Shown here: positions 11,651-23,489 of the stretch, in pieces
How positions within the stretch are numbered: position 1 is the first letter of the stretch
How the letters are laid out: each line of letters starts with the position of its first letter
Source: Octopus sinensis
Lineage: Eukaryota
NCBI RefSeq assembly: GCF_006345805.1
Contig: NC_043008.1
Span: 30,628,001-30,692,000 of the forward strand
Length of the DNA: 64,000 bases
Reading direction: 5' to 3'
Translations under genes and position numbers: made by a program
The notes under the pieces: generated by a model
Told to the model about the DNA's origin: nothing
Databases searched by the model: none
Seen by the model: only the letters and a program-made list of their open reading frames with translations

Positions 11651-12811
11651 CAGGATGTCCCAAAATTAAGGAAACACAATTATGACACTACCACATTTAT
11701 TCGATATGACCATCTTTGTTTCGAATCACAGTCTTAAGTCTAGGTGCGAAAACTTCACGCACTGCACACAGCTGTTCTTGCGGAATTGAAGTCCATTCCT
11801 GACGCAGTTTTGCCTTCAGAGTATCGAGCGAAGCATGAGACGTGCTCGAAACACTAATCTTTAAAAGGAATCAAACACAAAAGTCCAACTGGTTGAGATC
11901 GTGGCTTCGTGAGGACCATACATCCCTGCCTATGAACGAGGGGATATTTTATCTGAATCCAGTGTTGTGTCTCTTTGGAGCAGTGGAATGGTGCTGAGTC
12001 CTGTTGGAGGCACCAAGGTGCACCTTGAAAGTGATCATTCGCCTATGGAAGCAGTTCAGCTTCCACAATGTCGTTAATGCTTCACTGGGTGTTAATTTGA
12101 ACACCTGAGAGGGGAAACCTTTCGTAGCAGTTACAGCGGCCCAAACCATAACTGACTGTGGATTTCGATGTCGATTTACGAGTGTACCCACGACGGAGCC
12201 AGATACATGCCAAAGTCGGTCATTTTGCTGGTTTACTGTATGTTCGATGTCACATTATTTTCACCAATGAACAATCAGGTTGGGCTGTGTGCCTTGAGCA
12301 ATCTGATGCAAGATAAGACGTCTACTCTCCAGCCTTATAAACTTGTGTGAGCTCATGACGACGGATCATTTTGTAAGGTTGGGTCCTGAGGTCCACCTTC
12401 AGCACTTGATACATCGATGTTCGATTTAGTTTTGCTCTGGCAGCAAGTTTTCTAACAAAACGACGGGGATTTTGCCGTATCTTTTCACTAGTATTATTGA
12501 TACGCTGAGGGCTCTGCACACTTCTTCTTCAGTCACGTCTAGGTCGACCAGTGGTGGAACCATTCTCTTAAAATTTCTTGACATTTTCGAGACTGTTGTT
12601 TGCTATAGCTGCATTAATTTCGCCTCTTTTTATAGAGAGTTATGATTGTATTTCGGTCTATAGCCATTATCTAATTTATAAATCTGAATTTATTTAGTCT
12701 GAAACAAAAAGGGTTGTACTTTAAGCTTTTATAATGATGTATAATTTTCACATTTTTTCACATTTATTAATAATTTCAAAATTTCGGTTGCCTTACTTTC
12801 TGGACACTCTG
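11651..12811 (-). mobile_element. Near full-length DD37D (maT-type) Tc1/mariner transposon, degenerate
   Basis: Imperfect ~25-bp TIRs: CAGGATGTCCCAAAATTAAGGAAAC and the reverse complement of GTTGCCTTACTTTCTGGACACTCTG, with 3' TA. Motifs NPQSVMVWAAVT and QQDSAPFH...WSSRSHDLNQLD give 37 residues between catalytic D's after one frameshift. Confidence 0.85.
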
Positions 12812-14149
12812 TAGATATGATGACCAATATAAATCTTGGTTAGGTGCTTGGCTGGTTGATATCTCTACGCCTGCTTTACATGGTATAGTCGTACATTGAA
12901 AAGAGGGAAGATTTATAGAGAAATACAGAGCTAATATCTGCAGTTCAAGATGAGTTTACACAGTAGGTTTGGGAGTATACAATGTTAATTTTCTCGAAAA
13001 TAACACTGTGTACTGAATTTTTACAGCGATAGGTTCTCTAAGGAGTCGACGGCAAATCTGTTGAGAAAAATTTAGAAAAATTATCTATGTTTATTGCATA
13101 TATACAAATGCGAAATTAGCTTTATTTTCTTTTATTTTTAAAGCAACAAATATATTTATTTTAAAAAGTATTAACATATATATATGTGTGTGCCGTATCT
13201 TTTGATATTCTGTATGGGGAGAAAAGTATACTTTCAAAATTACCCGTCATATGACGAATGTATATGAAATCATGTACATGAGTATATTTATGCAAATATA
13301 TTTGTGTGAGTGTGTATATGTGTCTGTGTCTGGCGAAAAAGAGACAAAGAGAAGGGGCGACGAAAGAGAGAAAAAGAGTTGTTCACTTTTCTACGATCAA
13401 ATGCAGCAACTAGATCAAAAAAAAAGGTCAATGTATTGATGTTTTATGATCAAAGATATGCAAAAATGAGGGGTAAAAATAAGCATTTTGAACAACTATT
13501 TGCTACATAGTTTTCACTCGTACTTTGTTGTATTCATGTGCATATAAGTGTACTATACACACATTAATATACACAAAACACACACACACACACACATATA
13601 CACACATATATATATATATATATATATATTGCATCTATGTATGAATGTGTAGTGTGTGTGCATATATATATGCAAGAGAGGCGGAGAAACTGACAGTAAT
13701 AGAAAGAAAAATGAATAGAATGATAATAGATAGAAAGAGAGATAAATACATCTTAACTATTTTATCGTATTATTGTAAGCGTAAAAGTATAGACTAGTGT
13801 CTATGGTTCGTTCGCAATTCATTATAAAAGTTGCAGATATAATTCATACATATGCATTGCTATTTATTTTCTGCAATTCAATGCATTGGCCAGCTTTCCC
13901 CGCCTGTTAGCCTTTGCGTTCTATTTAACCAATACATGCCAAAGTTTATGTGAAATAACTATTTATTACGACAGAAATATCGTATTTGGTCTGTTACCTG
14001 CCGTGGTGATAACTGGCCTATCTGTGTGTGGGTGGGGGGGCAGTGTGTATGTGTGCCCGCTTGTGTATCTATGTTTTTGTGTGTGTGTTTGTGTGTATAT
14101 AAATATATAATTATATATATATATATACATATACCTATAAACATATATA

Positions 14150-14207
<58 letters not shown>

Positions 14208-14210
<3 letters not shown>

Positions 14211-14703
14211 TAACAATGAAGGGTGAAATTAATTAATTTGGAATAATTATCAATTACACCAAGTAGTCTTCGGCATGTAAAAGCCTTATTCGAGGAAAAT
14301 TTAAGTAATACTAAGCAATTAAGGGTTTAGCAACGAATTGCCTTACCGCACACCGAATTTAGAAATAGCAGTCAAAGACATTATAGCTATTTCTTCTACT
14401 AAAAGGGAGATCTCAGTAAAAACACAGCATTTGAAAGGCAAACACAAACAGGTAAGAGAGAATGAATTGACGGCAATCTATCATACAATTTTAAGTCACC
14501 TACGGACGTACGTTTCGAAATCAAGTCTTAGGAAAGCATAAGAATTAGATAATTCTACCTTACCCAAACTTCTTCTCTCATCAGCGCAGGATACAAACAA
14601 TCATGAATGATTGTATATTGAATTTTGAGATACTAGAGGGCACCAACTCTTCTAAATTCGGTGTGCGGTAAGGCAATTCGTTGCTAAACTCTTAATTGCT
14701 TAG
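14208..14703 (-). mobile_element. Short non-coding hammerhead-bearing element with a 54-bp inverted repeat, (TA)n on both flanks
   Basis: Arms 14311-14364 and 14650-14703 are reverse complements with 1 mismatch. The hammerhead at 14499-14590 lies between them. Confidence 0.85.
14499..14590 (-). ncRNA. Type I hammerhead ribozyme, apparently intact
   Basis: Minus: CCUGCG (stem I), CUGAUGA, long stem II (GAGA/UUUC, AAGU/ACUU, UUGGG/CCUAA, AGAAUU/AAUUCU), GAAAC, palindromic stem III ACGUACGU, cleavage triplet GUC, then CGUAGG (stem I). Confidence 0.85.
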
Positions 14704-14752
<49 letters not shown>

Positions 14753-14774
14753 GCACCCACGCACACATACATAT

Positions 14775-15165
14775 ATATCCGTCCTTCTCCGATCGTTTTA
14801 TTCTTGGGTTGTTGAGGTTGATGCCTAAGGCACTGTCTCCATAGGGTCCTGTCAGAAGCAAGCATCGTCAGACTTTCTGGATGGAGTCCCAAGGGAGAAC
14901 AACGAACAATTTCGGTATAATCCACCCATCACGTTCTCTGTCTACTACTTGTTCTCCTGCCAGTTGGCACAGCCTGAATAACTTGCCTTGCGATTCTTTC
15001 CTGCGAAGATATAATCACTTGTCTGTAGTACCGGCGCTGTGAGTTCTCAATGCAGAGAAGTAACGGATCACTCTAGAGTGACTCCATGTTTTCCATGATA
15101 CGCACCCTGTCCATTTCCGCTCTCCAGACTCCCTCCGGAGAAACACAATTTCGACGCCTTGTATG
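14775..15165 (-). mobile_element. RTE-clade LINE 3' end, degenerate
   Basis: Minus translation RIARQVIQAVPTGRRTSSRQRT*WVDY..LGLHPESLTMLASDRTLWRQCL..QPQQP, the typical RTE C-terminal GRR..GRPR.RW / A.DR..WR pattern. Confidence 0.75.
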
Positions 15166-15601
15166 TATGTATGTATGCATGTATGTATGTATCAAGATAT
15201 ATGTCAATAACTATGATCAATATAACTATACACGTGTCTATATTATATAAGCGTATGTTTATATGGGTATATATATATATATATAGAGAGAGAGAGGGAG
15301 AAATATAGACAAAGAATAGGAGTGAGAGGGGAGAGACTGAGAGAGAGTGGGGAGAGAAAAGGTGAGAGAGATAATATGTGGTTGAAGAAGAGTCATAAAT
15401 TTCAAGATGAAAGAGGAACAATCAATATTTAAAAATAGAATTTAATACAGGCAGCAAATTTGATGTTAGCTCCGTGCCTCCATATGTTGTGTTGTTGACA
15501 TCGGGTCGAGATATGTCTGACCATTTGAAATCCATCGACAGCATTGATTTCATCCACTTCCATACTGTAATTATATACGTACCTATACACACACACACAC
15601 A

Positions 15602-15641
<40 letters not shown>

Positions 15642-15884
15642 ACACACACACGAGGAATGAAGTGTTCCTGGTTTTGAATAAAATAAAATACAGTTTATTA
15701 TGACATCATTCAACATATTTCCCTCTCAAATTCACACACTTATTGCAGTGGACCTTCAGTTTTTCCAAAACTTTTAAAAGAACTCGGAAAGTTACTCTAT
15801 GACCGCATTTTAACCTATTCTTTTAATACTTACTGCTCTGTTCTTTAGAGTGTGCTTATTTTTCTGATATATGTTATATTGTTA

Positions 15885-15919
<35 letters not shown>

Positions 15920-15925
15920 ATATAT

Positions 15926-15957
<32 letters not shown>

Positions 15958-15959
15958 AT

Positions 15960-16262
15960 ATAAATATTAGGGAATAATCCAAATTTACAGGAAAAAATCA
16001 GATTTAGGATTAATCCAATTTTATAGTAAAATATATATATATTAATTCGAGACAAACCACTATTTTGCAAAACAAAAAAGGAAAGACTTCATAAATTAAA
16101 ACAGATTAGGAGATCGAAAATCCACCTGACGAATGTCATTGAAGACATGAAAGATTGTAGTGGCGGTTTATTTCTTTATATTAAAAATTATTATGTATTG
16201 ATTAAGTCTTTCCTTGTTTGTTTTGCAAAATAGTGGTTTTGTCTCGAATTAATATTATATAT
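15960..16262 (+). mobile_element. Second short hammerhead-bearing element with ~50-bp inverted arms between (TA)n runs
   Basis: Arms ~16036-16088 (TTAATTCGAGACAAACCACTATTTTGCAAAAC..GGAAAGACTT) and ~16204-16255 (reverse complement). Confidence 0.8.
16122..16163 (+). ncRNA. Type I minimal hammerhead, near-canonical (one stem III mismatch)
   Basis: CCAC-CUGACGA-AUGUC(AUUGAA)GACAU-GAAA-G AUU G-UA-GUGG. Stem I CCAC/GUGG, 5-bp stem II, GUA cleavage triplet, G.G where C-G is expected. Confidence 0.7.
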
Positions 16263-16706
16263 ATATATATATATGATTCTTTATCAAGAAAAGCGCTGGC
16301 AGTGACTACGAATTTTCGGCCTTCTTAGTCTTCGTCGGACTGTCTATCTATCTATTTATCTACGGGAACTGAAAAATGTTTCTGTTTTAAGCGGTAAAAC
16401 AAGCAAGAATATCATTAACATCAGGATTTCGAGGCCTCCGACAGATAATTTTAATAATTCTATTTTAGCGACAATATAAAGAAAAGACTTTGAAATATGC
16501 GCTTAAAAGATTTCTGCAAAGACATACATACATATATGCATGCACGGATATACATATATACATACACACATACATACATACATACATACATACATACATA
16601 CATACATACATGCCTATAAATAAGAGGAATAATTCAAATAATTAAATATATATATATATATTATATATATATATATATGTACATTCATATGTATATATGT
16701 ACATAC

Positions 16707-16765
<59 letters not shown>

Positions 16766-16846
16766 ATATATATATATCTGTGTGTGTGTGTGTGTGTACA
16801 TACATATGTACATATATATAAAAAGATACGCATATACATGTATATG

Positions 16847-16877
<31 letters not shown>

Positions 16878-16887
16878 GTGTGTATCC

Positions 16888-17660
16888 GAGTTTTCTTTCA
16901 TTCGCTCTCCATTTTTATTCCTCTTAATCCTCTCTGTGAAAGGCTTTTCGATTCTTCCCTACTGTCAACCTAATACACCTCCTCGTGGTTTCCTCACCTG
17001 CTTTCGTCTTTTGCTTTCAATAAATTTTCACTTTAAAGAAGGTGAGATATTTAAGATTAAATCAACTTTCACCTGTGACTCGTAAAATCTAATCTATGCC
17101 ACTACATGCTTAGGGTGTTGTAATCATTATATTGGCCAAACAGGAATATCACTCCGTCGGAGAACCACTTTCTACAAAGGACAAATCCCTCACACACAAT
17201 ACAGAAAGATACAGATCAGTGAACACATAGAAAGGCGTGCTAGGAACCTTAATCATAATTTCCTAATTTTCTCTTGTCAATGTTCACAGAACAGCTCATT
17301 GTAACAAAAAAGAATAAAGAAGCAACTTTCATCAATAAATATCTTCCACAATTCAATATGAATACATAACTTAATACACCACACTACTAACCTTTCATAC
17401 CACCCATACATCCCATACACCGTTCACATTACAGATCTATATCTATATTTATTGCACCAAATCCAGAACTACTTACCTCCTTTACATATAATCTTTTTAC
17501 TTATGGACTAGTAGACCCGACAGCGTTCGGTAATCGGTGTATATTCAAAGCAGAGATCAGTAATTTTACGAAACCAGTATGCTTTTGAATCTCTTTAACA
17601 ACCACAATAATGACTTTTATTACTTCTATTCCTACCTCAATTCATTTAATTGTATATATC
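16888..17660 (+). mobile_element. Penelope-like element 3' part with GIY-YIG endonuclease relic (Neptune-like)
   Basis: FKIKSTFTCDS*NLIYATTCLGCCNHYIGQTGISLRRR..SEHIE..FINKYLPQFNMNT*. Ends at TA-rich sequence. Confidence 0.85.
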
Positions 17661-17819
17661 TATCGTTACTTTTCATGAAAAGCCTTTACTTCTTTTGATT
17701 TCCAATGTACGTTTTCGCTTAATTTTCTTCTTACTTTCCCCTTACATTTCCACGTGTAGTTTCTATTTTCTTTTGTAAAATATTTCTATCATTTATACAT
17801 CCATACATACATACATATA

Positions 17820-17881
<62 letters not shown>

Positions 17882-19145
17882 GGGATCGCCTCTGTGTGTG
17901 TGTATGTGTGCATGCATATATTACATACATGCATATATGTGGACAAATTTGTGAATGTTCTTATATATACGTACAGAAAAAGAAGCACACTCTAAAGAAC
18001 ACAGCAGTGAGTATTAAAAGAAGTTAAAATGCGGTCATAGAGTGACCAATGGTTTCGTATCTGCGAAAGCTAACTTTCCTAGTTCGTTTACAAGTTTTAG
18101 AAAAACTGAAGGACAACCGCAATACGTGTGTGAATTTGAGAGGAAAATGTTGAATGATGTCATAATAAACTGTATTTTCTTTTATTCAAAGCCAGGAATA
18201 CTTCATTCCTATATATGCTTGTGAATTCGTGAGTTTGTGTATTTATACACACCAATATATAACCGTATAGATAGAGAAACACATAGGCAGGGAGACACAT
18301 AAAACTGGAAGAAAATCAGACAGATACACAAGCCATTTCAATAATAGTTCGAGGTTGTTTTGGTTGACTAGGCACCACTAATGGAACCCCTTCCGAAGAC
18401 AAAGACTAATTCACTCGTAACTGATCCATTCATGTGAAGCATACAGGCCTAGAAACGAAGTGCTAGGGACGTTGATATACCAACTGATGATGTGACCTTG
18501 AGATTCCGGAAATACATTTGACAATGCGATGGATTCAGAAGAAAATGATTCTGAGTAGTTCCTGCAGTTTCTACATAAGGCCAAGCATCTCCGATATTTA
18601 TTTCACAGATATGTTCGAGTTTGATTTTTTTGAATTTATGAAATAATTTGTCCTGGAACCTTATTAGTCTTTTATATTCAATCTTAATATTTTGAATTGG
18701 GTTTTGGAATATTCACTTCCAGAAATCTATTAATTTCGAAAATCTCTCAGCACCATCCTCAGAATTAAATTATTTTCTTTTGGGGCACATAGCGTATCAG
18801 AGCAAAATATGATAGGGTGCTTCTGATGTTTCGCTTTTCTAACGCTGGGTTTAAGAATTATTCGACGATTAAATCTGGAACTTTAGATAGTGCCTGAGTA
18901 ATGTGTCTCTATTGCTTCTTTCTCTAATATTTTCTCTTAACTAAAATGGGCAGATAATATTCATATTGTTTTGTAGAATTCTGTACAGCATTATAGTTTT
19001 GTCAACTATTGTCACCAAAACAGTAATAGGACAAAATGTGCGTAACATCAATGATACAGAGAAATTCCTTTAAAAAATAGAAAAAGAAAGCAGAAAATGA
19101 ACACTATTACTAATAGCTTTTTAAGTTGTTAACAATTTTTAGTAC

Positions 19146-19234
19146 CCAATGAGTAGATCTCAGATATCGTTGTTTTCCGTTAAATCGCCGCCACTTGTGT
19201 ATTCGTTTACGTACACGAAGATGGCGAAGTAAGA
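19146..19234. promoter_or_regulatory. Candidate bidirectional promoter with first coding micro-exon ATG GCG AA|GTAAGA
   Basis: Local CpG enrichment, CCAAT at 19146, YY1-like AAGATGGCG at 19218-19226, an opposite-strand YY1-like CAAG-TGGCGGC, ATG at 19221 in AAGATGG context and donor GTAAGA at 19229. Confidence 0.45.
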
Positions 19235-19822
19235 GTGTTAAACTGACATTTCAATGAGATTTATCTGTTATTTCTAGCCGGTCAATTACTGCACAGAGAT
19301 TTTCTAATCAATTGGTCTAGATAAAATATAGTCATGTGTGTGTTGATCCTGAACATCTGACGTTGTATTATGCTTAACCAATGAAAATCTCATACATTGA
19401 GAAATTATGTATACTATGTAAACTATACATGTCAGTTCACGTTCTCTCCAAGGCGAGAATCTTCCTGTGTAAATATTCCTATGTTTACGAAACTTAAACA
19501 AAACAAAACCGAATTGAATAGACCAGTCATTCCAACATTAACAACAATTAATGAGGGTGTAGGATATGCATGTGCGTGTGTGCGCTCTTACATTCAAAGA
19601 ATTCAATACATGGAAGATAATTTATTCATTTATTCTTGGCTAATTATTCACTCTATCTTTTTCAAACAAGTAAACGAATTTTGTTTCCTGAAAGAACTCA
19701 TTGATCCAAGGAATCTGAATGAATCATTCGCAAAGACTGAATAAGTATGTGCGCATGCGCGTGGGTATTTCTGTGCTGGGGTATTTTTTGTGTGCATATG
19801 TTTCTAATGTATACATACATAT

Positions 19823-19878
<56 letters not shown>

Positions 19879-19899
19879 ATTCTTTTATTGATTTAGTTT

Positions 19900-20093
19900 A
19901 CACGTTTCAGTCATTTGACTGAGGCCATGCTGGGGCACCGCCTTGAAGGAATTTTATTTCTGAAGCTTAGTACTTATTCTATCTGTCTCTTTTGCCGAAC
20001 CGCTATGTTACGGGGACGTAAACACATAAACACCGATTGTTAAGTCTGATGGAGGTGGGGCACAAACACAGACACAATGACACAATGACACAC

Positions 20094-20142
<49 letters not shown>

Positions 20143-20145
20143 ATA

Positions 20146-20196
<51 letters not shown>

Positions 20197-20424
20197 AAAA
20201 AGGAGCTGTGGAACACGAGTTGTGATATATAAAAAAGGACGTTCAAAGAATATATATATATACGACGCGCTTATTTCAGTTTCCGTCAACCAAATCTACT
20301 CAAGTCTTTGGTTGGCCCAAGGCTATAGTAGAAGACACTTACCGAAGGCGCAATGCAGTAGGACTGAACCCGGCACCATGTGGTTGGGAAGCAAGCTTCG
20401 AACCACAAGGCCACGCCTGTCTAT
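19900..20424 (-). mobile_element. tRNA-derived SINE family A with expanded internal (TA)n
   Basis: Shares GGCAAGTGTCTTCTACTATAGCC..GGCCRACCAAAG and the 3' GCATGGCC.CAGTCAAATGAC.GAAAC with 31818-32208. Confidence 0.9.
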
Positions 20425-21266
20425 GAGTTTGTGCGCACGTGTGCGAGTGTGTTTATGAGTACGTGTGTGTGAATGTGTGCGTATGTACATTGATAGAGTT
20501 GTTAGAGCGTCCGACAGCGTGAATAACTTATGCTATTCTTTCAGCCCTCTGTGCTCATTTCAAATATCACTGAGGTTCACATAGTTATTCATCCTTTGGA
20601 GATCGACAAACTGCTGGCCCTATACTGGTGCAGCCCTGCCTTCTATACCTGTCTCATTCTCAATGATTGCTGAGTCAAAATAGGCGTGCTGAGAATATGT
20701 CTACGTCCGCTCGCGACTGCACGTGCACCAATATCATTTCACGAACATATCTTTACATACCACTGAGTGATATATTAATGAATGAAATTTGATAGACGGA
20801 AAGATATGGAGGTTACCCTTGTATATGTGTCGTGGGTCGCTATGTAAGAAAGTGTATATTTTCATTTGTTTATGACCTGTGACTTAGTAGGTCAACAAAC
20901 AGAGAATGATAAGTGGGAGACTTAAAGTTAAATACTGAGGTTGATACGATTTAATGAACATTTCAGGTAGGCGCCTCATCAGTGTTGCTGCCGAGAGATT
21001 GAAACAAATGGGAGAATAGTATCCGAAATAATTCATGAATATTTCATTGCTTGAAATGCTTCCAGAGTAAGATGAAACAAGAGAATGAAAAAAAGAACAC
21101 AAAATCAGGTTTTAACGACACCTCCAAAGATGAAGTCTCAAAAATATACAGATTACATGAATCTCCCTAAACAATGATAGCAATTACTTATATGAGAATG
21201 AAAAATAGTTTGATATTACATACACCACACACATATAGGTACATTCAGAAATATATACTTACACAA

Positions 21267-21332
<66 letters not shown>

Positions 21333-21660
21333 CTTTGAAATTTTAAAGATGTGATTGTCTATTTTCAAAATGACATTGTAGCATAGTAGTGAGTGACCAG
21401 ATCTGATTGATTTTATCATAAAAAAGAAAGAATAATTGGACCTGATATGGCCAATTTAAATGTTAAAGTGTTAATATAGTAAATAATTCGACTTATACAA
21501 TTTCCAGTAGTTATTATTGGTTCGTTATTAACAGGTTTACTCAATCGACCTATTAATCAATTGAGAAACATTAAATGACCTAGAAAATTAATACTACGTA
21601 TGTCAGAGAACCATTTTCGGTTGTGTGCATATGTATATGTGTGTGTGTATACACACACAT

Positions 21661-21734
<74 letters not shown>

Positions 21735-21735
<1 letters not shown>

Positions 21736-22950
21736 TGTGCGGTGAATAAATTTTCGTCTAAATTACGCAAAAGTGGAGATAACACAGATATATTTAGCAA
21801 AATTACATAAAAAAGAGTAAATATATTCAATAAAATCGTCATTGGCCTCAACCACAGCTTCTAGACGACTTCGAAATCTGAAAAACTTCTGGACGGTCTC
21901 TTTGTTTAAGTTGTTGAATGCTGTTGTAATCCTTGCCTTCAGTTTATCTTTGGTGTTACAAGGAATTTAGTTGGTCTCTCGCTCAACTGCGCTCCACACA
22001 TAATAACCAAGGGGTTGCAGTCTAGGGAGTTAGGTAGCCAGATGTTAGGAGTAATATGGTCGCAGAAGTTGTCTGACAGCCATGACTGGGTTTTCCTGCT
22101 TGTATGGCATGGTGCAGAGCCCTGTTGCCAGACATAGGGTCTTCCTGGAGCCACGCTCTAACCAGGAACCTGATGTAGGCCTCCGTGTTGAGTCTGAGGC
22201 CGTGTGGAAAGATAAACGGTGGCATAATGTCGCCATCATTAATGATCACTCCAAACACCATGATGTTTAGTGGAGATTTGAGATTTATCACTCTCAGTAC
22301 ATGTTTTGGGGACACGGCAAGCCAACGGTTCACCATCTGATACTGGCAGAAATTTTTCTCGTCTGAGAAAAACCAAAGCATGTTCGGTTGGAAGGAATGC
22401 TTGAGTTTGGTCAAAAGCTTAGTAGCACTGTCTTTCCTCTTGTCCTTAATGGCTTGGGATTAAAATTGTCCCTTTATCATCTTGTATGAGGAAAACCGAA
22501 TATTTTCATGCACTGTCTGCTTGATAAGAAACTCAGACGCTTCCTTGTCCCTGCGATGAACCTGATTGACTTGGAGGGATCGTTGTCAATCATAGCCTGA
22601 ATCTCATAACAAATTCATGAGTTCTTTTCTTATCAGAACGATCAGAGTGAGCTTTCCGAGCTGCCGTACCTTCGTAATCATCATTAGACTCATCCAACTC
22701 TTTCCGAATTCTCTGCACTGCGTTCAGATTGACACCCAAACACTCTGAAATTTTCGTATTGGAGCTTCCAGCGTGAATGCCATACAGTACAGCAGCTTGT
22801 TTTCAAATTCTATGAATTGCGTCATGATGATGTTTTTCTTACAGACGGTGCCCAACTGACCCTACTATACTGTGTATTCGACAAAATCAAAACCTAACAA
22901 TGCGCGAAATTAAAAATATGAAATGGCAATAATTTAACCATCACACGTTG
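21735..22950 (-). mobile_element. Second DD37D (maT-type) Tc1/mariner transposon, degenerate
   Basis: WFFSDEKNF, IMVFGVI and QQGSAPCH...WLPNSLDCNPL (37-residue spacing, catalytic D changed to G). Degenerate TIRs with TA flanks. Confidence 0.88.
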
Positions 22951-23402
22951 TACATATAGAGAGAGGGAGTGAGGAGGGAGTGAGACGGAGGGGAAGTGAA
23001 ATTGAGTGGGAGTGAGAGAAAGAGAGAGGGTGCGAGAGAGTTGTATATACCTATATATATTTACGTATATAAAACACAAATATGATATACCTTTACATAT
23101 ACATATGCATTGGTGATATTTACATGTACATATATATATATAAACATATGTATATGTATATATATATGTGTGTATGTGTATATATATGTATATATAAATA
23201 TGTGTGTATTTTTTTCAATGTTTACAAATAACACGGAAAAAATAAATGAATAGTTACCAGAGTAGCAAAAATTCACAAAAGTACCAAGGATGTAACAGCC
23301 TACATATACAGGTAGAAACACCAGGTTTTGGTTAGATGTTTTTGTATGACGTATATAAATAAATAAATGGAGTAAATCGCAGGTGTTATACACATCTTTA
23401 TA

Positions 23403-23489
23403 GTTACGACTTATGTTTCGAAGAAAATATTGATATTATTACAGAAGGAATAAAATGATGTAAAACAATGAAATCTTCTCATTAGGGAA
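23403..23489 (-). ncRNA. Degenerate type I hammerhead relic
   Basis: Minus: UUCC-CUAAUGA-GAAGA(~50-nt loop)UCUUC-GAAAC-AUAA-GUC-GUAA. G5>A in the core and one stem I mismatch. Confidence 0.55.

Larger units (their letters stand above)
15651..18212. mobile_element. Mariner-derived element with ~220-bp inverted termini (15651-15870 and 17975-18212), expanded by nested insertions
   Basis: Both arms carry the mariner end GAGGAATGAAGT.TTCCTGG and the coding tail KCVNLRGKYVE*-like, and share GCACACTCTAAAGAAC..GCGGTCATAGAG in inverted orientation. Confidence 0.75.

Noticed and set aside
15880-15960. Recurring single-base interruptions (..TATATT ATATA..) in TA runs as a higher-order code
   Set aside because: Irregular placement across all TA runs fits slippage or long-read consensus error better.
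16297-16345. Minus CCGACGA..GCC-GAAA..GTA hammerhead-like motif
   Set aside because: Non-canonical core plus mismatches in all three stems.
20960-21000. Minus CTGATGAGG..GAAA motif
   Set aside because: Stem II has only ~2 bp and there is no stem I.
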